Of a stretch of DNA of 64,000 nucleotides, positions 11,365 to 25,100 are shown in pieces. This stretch comes from Candidatus Kerfeldbacteria bacterium. GTDB taxonomy: Bacteria > Patescibacteriota > Patescibacteriia > UBA9570 > XYC2-FULL-38-9. The stretch covers positions 19,182-83,181 of the forward strand of contig JBDRKW010000002.1 in NCBI GenBank assembly GCA_043813585.1. The letters are read 5' to 3'. The notes under the pieces were generated by a model. It was not told where the DNA came from. It worked only from the letters and a program-made list of their open reading frames with translations, and did no database searches. The first letter of the stretch is position 1. Each line of letters starts with the position of its first letter. A program made the position numbers and the translations under genes.

Positions 11365-13203
11365 TTATTCCCACTCAATCGTAGCCGGCGGCTTATTGGT
11401 TATGTCGAAGAAGACCGCATCCACGCCGTCGATCTTCATGATCTCGTCTGCCATCTCTTTTAATACTTTCTTTTCCATCTGGTAGAAATTCACGGTCATC
11501 GCCTCCTGCGATTCGATCGGCCGGAGCACGATCATTTCTCCTTTGCCCGTAAAGGTCAGCGGAAGCATAATCACCGGGAACTGCCAGATCTTGTCATACA
11601 AACCGTGCTCCTGAACAAGGTCAAACACGACATTGTCCGCTTCGCGCAATATTTCGAGACGATCACGTGTCAGATATCCTTCCTTTAACGCAATATTCTC
11701 AAAATCAACATCCCCGCCAACATGTGCAACCAAACGATTGACTCCCTGCACATTATTCACCATGCGGATTGCAAGTTCATCGAGTATCTGCCATTCGATA
11801 TCAAGCGCATCCCGCACGACAACCGCATGCTGGTAGGTACGCAGGTCGCCCTGCACGCCGACGCTCTTGAGCGGAAGCATCTGCCCCTCGACGCCCGACT
11901 TTTTTAAGTGTTCGCCAATTTGCACTTTAATGTCGCTGATCTCGTCGATCTGTTTCTGGTTGCGCCCTTCCAACGCGGCTTCTTTCCCTTCAGAACACAA
12001 ACAGCGGATGGACAACCCCGGCCCCGGAAACGGCCACCGGTTCACCAATTCGTCCGGCAAGCCGAGCTGGCGGCCGATCTCGCGGACTTCATCCTTATAT
12101 AATTCCGACAGCGGCTCGACCACGCGGCCTTGGTTGATCATCTCCACAATCTCTTCCACGCGATTATGATGCGTTTTTATCACATCCGACGCTTTAGTGC
12201 CGCCGGCCTCAATCGTATCCGGATAGATGGTTCCCTGTCCGAGCAGCCACTCGTCTTGGTTGAATTCAAGGTCATCAAACACATCCTTCTGCACATCCAA
12301 AAATATGCGGCCGATCTTTTTACGCTTCTCTTCCGGTTCGACCAGCCCTTCAACTGCCAACAGAAACCGGTCGCTTGCGTCGACAACATGCAGATCATCA
12401 AACCCTGCAGCCGCCAGCGACTCCTTCACAAGCGCGGACTCATTCTTGCGCATGAACCCGGTATCGACATGCAGGCCGAATACTCGGTCCTTGCCCAGGA
12501 TGTCTTCCAGCAGCGCGAACGCGACGGAAGAATCCACTCCGCCAGACACCAGCAGGAACACGTTGCGCTTGCCGACCAGCTCCTTGACCTCTTTCTTCAG
12601 CCCGTCAAAATATTCCTCCATGCTCCAGTTCTTTTCCGCGCCGCAGATGTCGAATACAAAATTCTCGAGCATCTTCATGCCGCTGGTCGTGTGGTTCACC
12701 TCGGGATGGTATTGGAAACCGTAAATCTTTGTTGTGTCATTGGCCATTGCGGTCACCGGGCACTCAGGCGTGGTGCCGACAATCGTAAACCCTTCCGGCA
12801 CTTTCGTGACTGCATCCCAGTGGCTCATCCATACCTGCTCCTCGCCGGTTAATCCCTTAAAAATCGGCGAGTCGCCTTCCACCGTCATAATCGCTTTGCC
12901 GTATTCACGGTTATGCTGCGATGCTACTTCGCCTCCCAATACCTTTGCCATCAGCTGATGCCCGTAGCAGAACCCCAGCATCGGCTTGCCTAGTTTAAAT
13001 ATTCCCGGGTCATACGGGAGCTTCTCTTCTGTAATGGAATCCGGCCCGCCGGATAAAATAATGCCCCATGCGTCTTTAAGGTCATGGGCATTGACATCCG
13101 TGGGGTAAATCTTGGCCAGTACGCCGAGTTGTCGGACGCGCCGGCTGATTAAATGCATGTACTGCGATCCGAAGTCCAGAATCGCGATATGTTTTCTTTT
13201 CAT
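11365..13203 (-). CDS. guaA: GMP synthase (glutamine-hydrolysing), unusually long at 612 aa
   Basis: Class-I GATase (ILDFGSQY...GFCYGHQLM), PP-loop LLVSGGVDSSV, C-terminal KPPATIEWE. An extra segment resembling a partial duplication of the C-terminal dimerisation region. Confidence 0.93.
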   Translation of the reverse strand: MKRKHIAILDFGSQYMHLISRRVRQLGVLAKIYPTDVNAHDLKDAWGIILSGGPDSITEEKLPYDPGIFKLGKPMLGFCYGHQLMAKVLGGEVASQHNREYGKAIMTVEGDSPIFKGLTGEEQVWMSHWDAVTKVPEGFTIVGTTPECPVTAMANDTTKIYGFQYHPEVNHTTSGMKMLENFVFDICGAEKNWSMEEYFDGLKKEVKELVGKRNVFLLVSGGVDSSVAFALLEDILGKDRVFGLHVDTGFMRKNESALVKESLAAAGFDDLHVVDASDRFLLAVEGLVEPEEKRKKIGRIFLDVQKDVFDDLEFNQDEWLLGQGTIYPDTIEAGGTKASDVIKTHHNRVEEIVEMINQGRVVEPLSELYKDEVREIGRQLGLPDELVNRWPFPGPGLSIRCLCSEGKEAALEGRNQKQIDEISDIKVQIGEHLKKSGVEGQMLPLKSVGVQGDLRTYQHAVVVRDALDIEWQILDELAIRMVNNVQGVNRLVAHVGGDVDFENIALKEGYLTRDRLEILREADNVVFDLVQEHGLYDKIWQFPVIMLPLTFTGKGEMIVLRPIESQEAMTVNFYQMEKKVLKEMADEIMKIDGVDAVFFDITNKPPATIEWE

Positions 13204-13311
13204 AGGCAGATCATACCGAAATCACGGCCCAAAATCAAGGGTCGCGGTGTATAAGAACATTGCTCCAAACGCCATTTTTCAGTACAATATGACTACTAAT
13301 AACAACGACTT

Positions 13312-14385
13312 ATGAAAAACATCCCATACGCACTTGCTTATGACGACGTCCTGCTCGTTCCGCAGGAATCCAAGATCCTTCCGGCAGAAGTGGACTTGAG
13401 TACGAAGCTTGGAAAAATGAAACTCGACCTGCCGTTTATCAGCGCGCCCATGGACACGGTCACCGAAGGCAGCATGGCGATTGCCATGGCAGAACTGGGC
13501 GGACTCGGCATAATACACAAGAACCTCACGCCGGGCCAGCAGGCGGCGGAAGTGGAACGAACGGCGATAAAAAAACTGCGCGTTGGCGCGGCCGTTTCTG
13601 TTTCTGACGAAGAATTCAAGCGCGCAGTAAAATGCGTGAAAGCGGGCGCAACGCTGCTGGTTGTTGATTCGGCGCACGGCCATTCCAAAGGCGTGCTCGA
13701 CCAGGTGAAGCGTTTGAAACGGGAATTCAAGAACAGCATCACGATTGTCGGCGGGAATGTCGCCACAGCAGAAGGGACGCGCGCCTTGATCTCTGCCGGA
13801 GCAGACGTTGTGAAAGTCGGCGTCGGGCCGGGTTCAATCTGCACCACCCGCGTGGTGGCCGGCATCGGCGTTCCGCAACTGACTGCGGTGATGGATTGTG
13901 TTGCAGCGGCAAAAAAATCAGGAACTCCGATCATTGCAGACGGCGGCATCAAGTATTCGGGCGATATCGTGAAAGCGCTGGCAGCCGGAGCTTCAGCCAT
14001 TATGGCCGGCGGCCTGTTTGCCGGATGCAAGGAAGCGCCGGGCAAATTAGTGAAGATCAAGGGACAGCAGATGAAAATGTACCGCGGCATGGGTTCGGTT
14101 GACGCCATGGAACAGGGCAGCAAGGACCGCTACGGCCAGAAAGACACCAAGCAGAAGAAAAAGCTGGTGCCGGAGGGCGTGGTCGGGTACCGTCCGTATA
14201 AAGGAGAGCTTGAAGGCGTGGTGTACCAGCTGGCGGGCGGCGTGCGCGCAGGCATGGGATATATCGGCGCAAAAAACATTGGCGAACTACAGAAGAGAGC
14301 GCAGTTTATCCAGATCACCGCGGCCGGGCTGGTGGAATCGCATCCGCACGACCTTTCAAACATCCAGGGTTCTCCAAATTACTAA
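13312..14385 (+). CDS. guaB: IMP dehydrogenase, short form lacking the CBS (Bateman) pair
   Basis: 357 aa. Catalytic GSICTT, flap MYRGMGS...DRYGQ, KLVPEGVVGYRPYKG, GGVRAGMGYIGA. These favour IMPDH over GMP reductase. Divergent from guaA. Confidence 0.85.
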   Translation: MKNIPYALAYDDVLLVPQESKILPAEVDLSTKLGKMKLDLPFISAPMDTVTEGSMAIAMAELGGLGIIHKNLTPGQQAAEVERTAIKKLRVGAAVSVSDEEFKRAVKCVKAGATLLVVDSAHGHSKGVLDQVKRLKREFKNSITIVGGNVATAEGTRALISAGADVVKVGVGPGSICTTRVVAGIGVPQLTAVMDCVAAAKKSGTPIIADGGIKYSGDIVKALAAGASAIMAGGLFAGCKEAPGKLVKIKGQQMKMYRGMGSVDAMEQGSKDRYGQKDTKQKKKLVPEGVVGYRPYKGELEGVVYQLAGGVRAGMGYIGAKNIGELQKRAQFIQITAAGLVESHPHDLSNIQGSPNY

Positions 14386-14404
14386 AATCAATTCACAATA
14401 AATC

Positions 14405-14440
14405 AAAAAGCGCTTCCCATCTTTAGGAGGCGCTTTTTTG
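14405..14440. terminator. bidirectional terminator between guaB and the convergent amidohydrolase gene
   Basis: AAAAAGCGCTTCC-catctttag-GGAGGCGCTTTTTT. Confidence 0.7.
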
Positions 14441-14445
14441 TATGA

Positions 14446-15930
14446 TTATTTCTTTGTGCTCTTTTTTTTCGTGCTCTGCTTCACTTTCTTGAGCCGTTTG
14501 CGCATTGCCTGATGATGCGCCTGGATCTGGTTGAGCAGTTCTGTTTCGTCGATAATATCATGCCGGCGGTTGGAAATGATAAATTCGCCGTTGATCATGA
14601 GGTCGCGGACATTACGGCCGCCGTGGGTGATCATGTTGCCGATTATGGTGACCGGCTTGTCTTCCGCATACGGGATAAAGCCGCGGTCGCGCACTTTCCA
14701 GAATGCCAGGTCTGCCTGGAACCCCGGCAGAATCCGGCCGCGCGTCTTCAGGCCGAGAATCTGCGCCGCATTATAGGTCATCATCTTAAAGAGCTCTTCA
14801 TAATAAACAACGTACTTGTCCTGGTGCATAATGCGGGCCTGTAGCGCTTCCGATAAAATATCGAGTGAGTTCTTGGAGATGACGCTGTCGGTTCCAAGTG
14901 CAATCTGCCCTTCCGCCCCGTACTTGGCAAACAACGGATATTGAAACTCGCCGCTTTTGTGCAGCTTGTTCGATGTCGGCAGGTGGACCACGCCGATATT
15001 GTACTTCTTAATCATCGCCACTTCCTCCTCCGTCAGGTTCACGCAATGGGAAAGAATCGAGCGGGAATTCGCCAGTCCGTACTTCTGTAGTGTTGGAATG
15101 GTAAGGTCATCGTGGACACGAAGGTTCTCCGCAACCGAATCGCGCGTTTCTGCCGCATGGGTGGTGAATATTGCCTTGTACTTCTTACAAATGGCTGCGA
15201 CCTTCTTCAGAATGGCCGGATCGGCCTTATGCAATGTATGCACTGCAACTGCGACCTGCGTACTGTAGTTTTTCTTATTCTTCAACAGCTTCTCTACATA
15301 CGCCGGCGTATTCTCCGGATGTGAATTCGATACGGCAGAAATTGCATTAATCACATTTTGATTCACCAATTTCGATGCCTCCTCAATCGCATCGAACACA
15401 GCATAGTGTGAAAGCGTTGTGGTGATGCCGTTCTTTTGCTCTTCCGTCAGGTCGCCGACTGCGGAGATGAAAAAATCCTCGTCCGTCATGTTGCTTTCGA
15501 GGTTGAACATGTCCTTCAACGACTTTTCCAGGTTCTCGCCCTTTTCCAGCATGAGCGACGAGCGCAGCATATACATGGGCGGATGGGAATGGGCGTTAAT
15601 GAAGCCCGGCGTGACGGCAAGGCCGCCGCGGAGTCCGGCATCAAAAACAAGATCGACTTTGTTCAGATCGATCTTTCTCTTTTTCGGATCAAAAATTTCG
15701 GTGATGACGCCGTTTTTGATATAGATGGACCGGTCCTTGATGACCTTCACATCCCCTTTTTCATCAGCCGTAATAATGTATTTCGGCCGGTGGATAACAA
15801 TGGTTTTTGCTTTTGGCGTTGACGTGAGGTGCGTGTAGCGTGACCGCTTCTCGCGCAGCGGAAATGGGATGCCGCCGTCCTTCACGCGCAGTATCGCATT
15901 CGCGATAGGTGCGAACTCTTTTGGTATCAT
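14446..15930 (-). CDS. metal-dependent amidohydrolase (chlorohydrolase/deaminase family; guanine- or SAH/MTA-deaminase-like)
   Basis: 494 aa. HxH metal motif GFINAHSH. Fold-typical downstream His/Asp residues. Sits in a purine-gene context. Confidence 0.7.
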   Translation of the reverse strand: MIPKEFAPIANAILRVKDGGIPFPLREKRSRYTHLTSTPKAKTIVIHRPKYIITADEKGDVKVIKDRSIYIKNGVITEIFDPKKRKIDLNKVDLVFDAGLRGGLAVTPGFINAHSHPPMYMLRSSLMLEKGENLEKSLKDMFNLESNMTDEDFFISAVGDLTEEQKNGITTTLSHYAVFDAIEEASKLVNQNVINAISAVSNSHPENTPAYVEKLLKNKKNYSTQVAVAVHTLHKADPAILKKVAAICKKYKAIFTTHAAETRDSVAENLRVHDDLTIPTLQKYGLANSRSILSHCVNLTEEEVAMIKKYNIGVVHLPTSNKLHKSGEFQYPLFAKYGAEGQIALGTDSVISKNSLDILSEALQARIMHQDKYVVYYEELFKMMTYNAAQILGLKTRGRILPGFQADLAFWKVRDRGFIPYAEDKPVTIIGNMITHGGRNVRDLMINGEFIISNRRHDIIDETELLNQIQAHHQAMRKRLKKVKQSTKKKSTKK

Positions 15931-15983
15931 AAAAGTATTATAGCAGAAATTGGATATTTTTTCCAGCCCCGTTTGGACTTAGA

Positions 15984-16020
15984 GTAAAAAAAGTCCCGGA
16001 TCTGTTGCCAGAGTCCGGGA
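15984..16020 (-). terminator. Rho-independent terminator downstream of the 438-aa secreted protein gene
   Basis: Minus strand reads TCCCGGA-13 nt loop-TCCGGGA followed by CTTTTTTT. Confidence 0.6.
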
Positions 16021-16045
16021 GCCCACCTCGATGGGGGGGGTTGGT

Positions 16046-17362
16046 TCAGCGCCTCCAGGAGCGGGTGAGCTGCTGGTCAAGCGCGTGGCCGTACTCGCAG
16101 GTGGTAGACGGTGCATAGACCGGATGGCCTTGCCCGCACCATCCTTTGACCTCGCCGACGTCGATGAGGCCGTTGTCGTAGTAGGAGTACGCCTGGCGCG
16201 GATGGTAGGAACGGTAGTACACCGCTCCCAGCCCGACCCACCACGGGTCGTACGGCGCGTACCACGGGTCCCAGTAGACCACGACGTAGTGACGCCGCGG
16301 AGGATACCAGCCCCAGCTCCACCACTGGTCGTAGCCGTAGCTGTACCGCCAGTTGTTGTGATGGTAGTGCCACGCGTTGTGGGACTGGTGCCAGCTATGG
16401 ACCGCCAGGTTGGTGTGGTGCAACGGCCTGTCCAGGTCGTAGTGCGGCCTGGGATGCGAGCTACCGCGCGCGTGGCCGTGTCCGCCGGTGGTACGGGAGT
16501 CGGGGCGGCGCTCGTGGCTGGTATGTGCCATCGATGTCCGGTCGCGCAGGTTGCTCGGCCGTGTGTTGCGGTAGAACTCACTTGGCCGCTGACCGGTGGC
16601 GTGGTCGTAGGTACGGCTGCGGTCGACGCGCTGCAGGCTCTGCGCCCGTTGCACGTTTCGATCCGACGGCGGATGATTCACGCGGTCAGTGGCCTGGGTG
16701 CGGCCGCTGCTGGACTGCCTGGTCGTGTCGCGCAGGTTGCCGTAGTGCTCGCTCGGCCGCTGGCCCGAGTTCGGGTCGAAGCTGCCGCGGTCGACGCTGG
16801 GCGTTCGGTCACTGCTTGGCTGCCTGGCCGTGTCGCGGTTGAAGTCGCGCGATCGGTCCGGCACCGCCTGACGGTGATCATACGTACCCATACTCGACGA
16901 ACGATCCCGCTGCTGGACGCTCCGGTCCGGCGTGCGCTCGGTTGAGCGGTCCGGATAGATGTTCCGCTGCGGGATTTGGCTCGTCGGCTGCCGGTACGCA
17001 TCGCGGGTCGGCGCGCGGTAGCTGCCGCGGCTATCGTGCGAACCCGATGCCGAACTCCGATCCGGCGTGCGATATGTGCTCCGGCTGTTCGAACCGGAAC
17101 TCGAATGCCCCGAACTGCGGCTCGGCGCGCGGTAGCTCGAACGGCCGGAGTGGCTCGTCGAACCGGAAGACCGATGCGCCGAACTGCGGCTGCCGGAACT
17201 CGAGTGCCCCGAGCTGCGATGCGCGGAGCTGTGCGACCGCTGGGCCGAATGCGAACTCCTCGAACTGCTGCGCTTCTTCTTGCCCTTGCCGGCGAACGCC
17301 GGAGCAGGCACGAGAAGCAGCAACGCCGCGAGGATCACAAAAAAACGATTTGCCTGGTTCAT
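16046..17362 (-). CDS. secreted low-complexity Ser/Arg/His-rich protein with an aromatic (Trp/Tyr/His) and Cys-containing C-terminal domain; no known family
   Basis: ATG at 17362 behind a GGAGG RBS. Signal peptide MNQANRFFVILAALLLLVPAPAFA. About 300 aa of SRSSHS/HRSSG-type repeats. C-terminus ...HYVVVYWDPWYAPYDPWW...GWCGQGHPVYAPSTTCEYGHALDQQLTRSWRR. Region GC is about 65-70%. Confidence 0.7.
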   Translation of the reverse strand: MNQANRFFVILAALLLLVPAPAFAGKGKKKRSSSRSSHSAQRSHSSAHRSSGHSSSGSRSSAHRSSGSTSHSGRSSYRAPSRSSGHSSSGSNSRSTYRTPDRSSASGSHDSRGSYRAPTRDAYRQPTSQIPQRNIYPDRSTERTPDRSVQQRDRSSSMGTYDHRQAVPDRSRDFNRDTARQPSSDRTPSVDRGSFDPNSGQRPSEHYGNLRDTTRQSSSGRTQATDRVNHPPSDRNVQRAQSLQRVDRSRTYDHATGQRPSEFYRNTRPSNLRDRTSMAHTSHERRPDSRTTGGHGHARGSSHPRPHYDLDRPLHHTNLAVHSWHQSHNAWHYHHNNWRYSYGYDQWWSWGWYPPRRHYVVVYWDPWYAPYDPWWVGLGAVYYRSYHPRQAYSYYDNGLIDVGEVKGWCGQGHPVYAPSTTCEYGHALDQQLTRSWRR

Positions 17363-17491
17363 GAGGCGTCCTCCCTGTATGGTGGCGTGATTTCGATGGT
17401 AGGTTCAGCCCCAAAACAACAATTTTCATTGCGCTTAAAGGGCCTGTTACCCTAACATCACAGAGTATATTTTTCAAGTCCAAATCTCCAG

Positions 17492-17531
17492 TAAAGAAAG
17501 AACCCCGATATCCGTCATGGAATCGGGGTTC
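17492..17531 (-). terminator. Rho-independent terminator after the small secreted paralog
   Basis: Minus strand reads GAACCCCGAT-12 nt-ATCGGGGTTC followed by TTTCTTT. Confidence 0.65.
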
Positions 17532-17606
17532 TCCGTTCGATATTGCCGCGTCATGCGGCTAAAGTTGTTGCGCCGGCGGCGGGTGTTCCGCGGCCGGCGG
17601 TTGTGT

Positions 17607-17936
17607 CTAGCGGCGGCCGGTGCGTCGCTCCCACTCGCGGGTGGCGTTCTGGTCAATTGACCTTCCGCACACCGACACCGAGCTGGGTGCGTACACCGGA
17701 CACCAGTTGGCATCCACCCCGCGCTGGTCGCCGGTCGTGTAGACCGGCCCGGCCTGGTTGCCCCACGGGTGGTAGTCGTACCGCGGGTACGCCGGCCGCG
17801 GGTGCGACCGGTGCACGACGACCACGTGGGTCGTGTGCCGCGGGCGGCCGTGGCGCGGACGCGCGTCGGCGATCGCCGGCACGACCATCATCAGAATCAG
17901 GGCAGCCAGGGCCAGGGCACTCGTGAACTTCTTCAT
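17607..17936 (-). CDS. small secreted His/Arg-rich protein, paralog of the C-terminal domain of the 438-aa protein
   Basis: ATG at 17936 after AAAGAGGAGAG RBS. Signal peptide MKKFTSALALAALILMMVVPAIADA. Shares the HVVVV...PW...VY...WCPVYAPSSVSVCGRSIDQNATREWERR motif with the upstream protein. Confidence 0.7.
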   Translation of the reverse strand: MKKFTSALALAALILMMVVPAIADARPRHGRPRHTTHVVVVHRSHPRPAYPRYDYHPWGNQAGPVYTTGDQRGVDANWCPVYAPSSVSVCGRSIDQNATREWERRTGRR

Positions 17937-18146
17937 TTCTCTCTCCTCTTTTTCGTCCATCGCGTCTGCGACGGGCGTATGTTACGAACGGAGTGTTCTC
18001 CCTCCTTCTTTAAGAAGGTTAAGTCGTCACATGACGACAAAAGAACAAAACAGTCTATCATAAAAAAATCAAAATGTCAATACCTAAAATCGGGCGTGGA
18101 ACATGTAGTGCTACTACGCCATGTTCCACATTTAATGAGAAAGAAT

Positions 18147-18178
18147 CAAAAAAGCCGGCAACCTCTGCCGGCTTTTTC
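18147..18178. terminator. bidirectional terminator downstream of rpoC
   Basis: AAAAAA-GCCGGCA-acctc-TGCCGGC-TTTTT. Confidence 0.75.
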
Positions 18179-18203
18179 TATAGCATTCAGAACGGTCTGC
18201 CGG

Positions 18204-22169
<3,966 letters not shown>

Positions 22170-22180
22170 AGGTGCTGATG

Positions 22181-25100
22181 TTATTCCTGCTTAGATTTAT
22201 CGACTTTGATGATCCCTTCGTCTTCCGAAAGCTCGTTTGCCGTTTCCTTATTGTCTTCATGATCCCTGCTGACCTCTTCCGTCCTTGCCGCCACAGGAAA
22301 ACCGTCGTCATCAAGCAGCTCAACCTCGAGGCACAGGCCTTTCAGCTCGCGCATGAGGACGTTAAACGATTCAGGCACGTTGATATTTTCAATCTCTTCA
22401 CCTTTGATCGTTGCCTCGTACGCTTTCGCGCGGCCCGGCACATCGTCCGATTTGATCGTCAGCATTTCCTGCAGGGTATGCGCGGCGCCGTACGCTTCCA
22501 GCGCCCACACTTCCATTTCACCGAAACGCTGGCCGCCGAACTGCGCCTTGCCTCCGAGCGGCTGCTGCGTGACGAGCGAGTATGGACCGATCGAACGCTG
22601 GTGAATCTTGTCTTCCACCATATGGTTCAGCTTCAGCATGTAGGACACGCCGCACATGACCGGCTGGTCAAACACCACGCCGGTGCGGCCGTCATGAAGG
22701 GTAATCTTTCCGTTGCGCGGGAATCCGGCTTTTTCGAGCTCTTCGCGGATGGTCTCCGCAGGCACGCCGTCAAACACCGGAGACGCAACTTTGTATCCGA
22801 GCGCGTCGGCTGCCATGCCAAGGTGCGCTTCCAGCACCTGCCCCAGGTTCATGCGGGACACGACGCCAAGCGGGTTCAGCAGGATATCAACCGGACGGCC
22901 GTCTTCGAGATACGGCATGTCTTCCACCGGGATAACGCGGCTGATAACGCCCTTGTTTCCGTGGCGTCCGGCCATCTTGTCTCCCACCTGGATCTTGCGC
23001 AGCTGCGCAATCGACACCTGGATGGTGCGGGTCACGCCGGCCGGCAGCTTGTCGCCGTGCTCTTTGCTGAAATTCTTCACATCAACAACTTTGCCGTGTT
23101 CGCCATGCGACAGATAGAGGGATGAATCTTTTACATCTTTTGCCTTATCGCCAAAAATCGCACGGAGCAGTTTCTCTTCGGCTGACAATTCTGTTTCGCC
23201 TTTCGGGGTGATCTTGCCGACGAGAATGTCGCCGCTCGACACCTGCGCGCCGACGCGGATAACGCCGTTCTCGTCCAGGTTCTTCAGCTTCTCTTCAGAT
23301 ACGTTTGGTATGTCGCGCGTTACGACCTCGGGTCCGAGCTTCGTGTCGCGTATATCGACGGTGTAATCTTCAATATGGATGGAGGTGTACCGGTCCTGAT
23401 GCACCAACCGTTCAGAAATCAGCACGGCGTCCTCATAGTTGCCGCCTTCCCACGGCATGTAGGCCACCATAACGTTCTGGCCGAGCGCAAGTTCGCCCTG
23501 GTCTGTTGCCGCGCCGTCGGCGATCACGTCGCCTTTCTCCAGCTTCTGCCCCTTGTCCACAATCGGACGCTGGTTAATGCAGGTGGATGCGTTCGAACGG
23601 ACAAATCGCTTCATGCGGTATTCATGCGACTGCCCCTTTGTTTCGGAAATCACAACTTTGTCCGCATCGACGTGGGTAACCGTACCCGCTTCTTCAGTCA
23701 CAACCGCCTGTCCGGAATCTTTTGCGGCGCGGTATTCCACGCCCGTTCCGATCACCGGGGACTGCGGCACAATGCACGGGACCGCCTGGCGCTGCATGTT
23801 CGTTCCCATTAGGGCGCGAACCGCGTCGTCGTTTTCCAAAAACGGAATCAATGCCGTTGAAATGGATACGATCTGCTTCGGCGATACGTCCATGTAGTCA
23901 ATCGTATGTACCGGGCCGATAATCGGCTTCATGAATTGCCGCACCTCTGTCCGCTCTTCCAGGAAATATCCGTTTTCATCAAGCGGAGTTGTTGCGGCTG
24001 TGGTCGTGGTTTTTTCTTCCGTAAACGCGTCCAGATACACAACGTCATCCGTCACGCGCGGCTTCACCGGAACCGTTTCCAGTTTGCCGAGCTTCGCGAT
24101 ATCTTTTTCTGAAATCAGGTCGCCGGCCTTTACGACAACCTTGCCGTCAACCTCAATGTCCTCGCGCGCGATCTCGCCGGCCGCTTCCTTTGGCGCCGGA
24201 TCATGGATGACCTTGCGGAACGCCGTCTCGATAAAACCGAAATCATTAATGCGGCTGAATGATGCCAGGTGGCCGACCAAGCCGATATTAGGTCCTTCAG
24301 GCGTTGCAATCGGACAGATGCGTCCGTAGTGGGTGCGATGCACGTCGCGAACTTCAAATCCCGCGCGCTCGCGTGAGAGGCCGCCAGGGCCCATCGCCGA
24401 CAAACGGCGCTTATGCTCCAGCTCCGCCAGCGGATTGGTCTGGTCCATGAACTGTGACAGCTGTGATGACATAAAAAACTCTTTCACGGAACCGATCACC
24501 GGCCTCGCGTTAATCAGGTGGCCCGGCGTCAGCGTATCGACATCTTTTGTCGACATGCGATCCTTCACAATGCGCTCCATGCGCGACAGCCCGATGCGGA
24601 ACTTGTTCTGCACCAATTCGCCGACTGCGCGAACGCGGCGGTTGCCGAGGTGGTCAATATCATCCGGCGGTTCCTGCGTATTGTTCAGGCGGATAACCTC
24701 GCGCACAATCGCGACCAGGTCTTCGCACCGCAACACGCGCGTCTCCGGCGTGTTCGGGATGTCAAAACCGAAGCGCTTGTTGATCTTGTAGCGCCCGACG
24801 CGGCCAAAATCGTACCGGTCGAAGTTAAAAAACATAGCGTGGATCAAACTGCGCGCGTTATCAACCGTTGCCATGTCGCCCGGACGGATGCGCTTATAGA
24901 CCTCTTTCAAACCCTCGCCCTCTGACTTGGAGGTATCCTTTTCAATGGTAGCCGCGATGTACTGGTTATTCGGGTCAACATCAATATCCTTAAACAGCTC
25001 AACAATCTCTTCATCAGAACCGTATCCGAATGCGCGCAGCAGCGCCGTTACCGGAACCTTGCGCTTGCGATCAACCTTTACATAGATGACGTTGTCATGG

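Noticed and set aside
12130-12852. 240-aa plus-strand ORF
   Set aside because: Antisense within guaA.
13338-14123. 261-aa minus-strand ORF
   Set aside because: Antisense within guaB.
13312-14385. GMP reductase (GuaC) assignment for the 357-aa CBS-less ORF
   Set aside because: The IMPDH-specific flap and C-terminal motifs (MYRGMGS, DRYGQ, KLVPEGVVG, YKG, GGVRAGMGY) are present, so IMPDH is favoured. Enzymatic confirmation is still needed.
16031-17483. Several long plus- and minus-strand ORFs (304 aa, 159 aa, 150 aa and others) in the 16.0-17.5 kb block
   Set aside because: High GC removes stop codons in all frames. Only the minus-strand 438-aa frame has an SD, a signal peptide, a paralog with a conserved C-terminal motif and a downstream terminator.
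22172-23125. 317-aa plus-strand ORF
   Set aside because: Antisense within rpoB.
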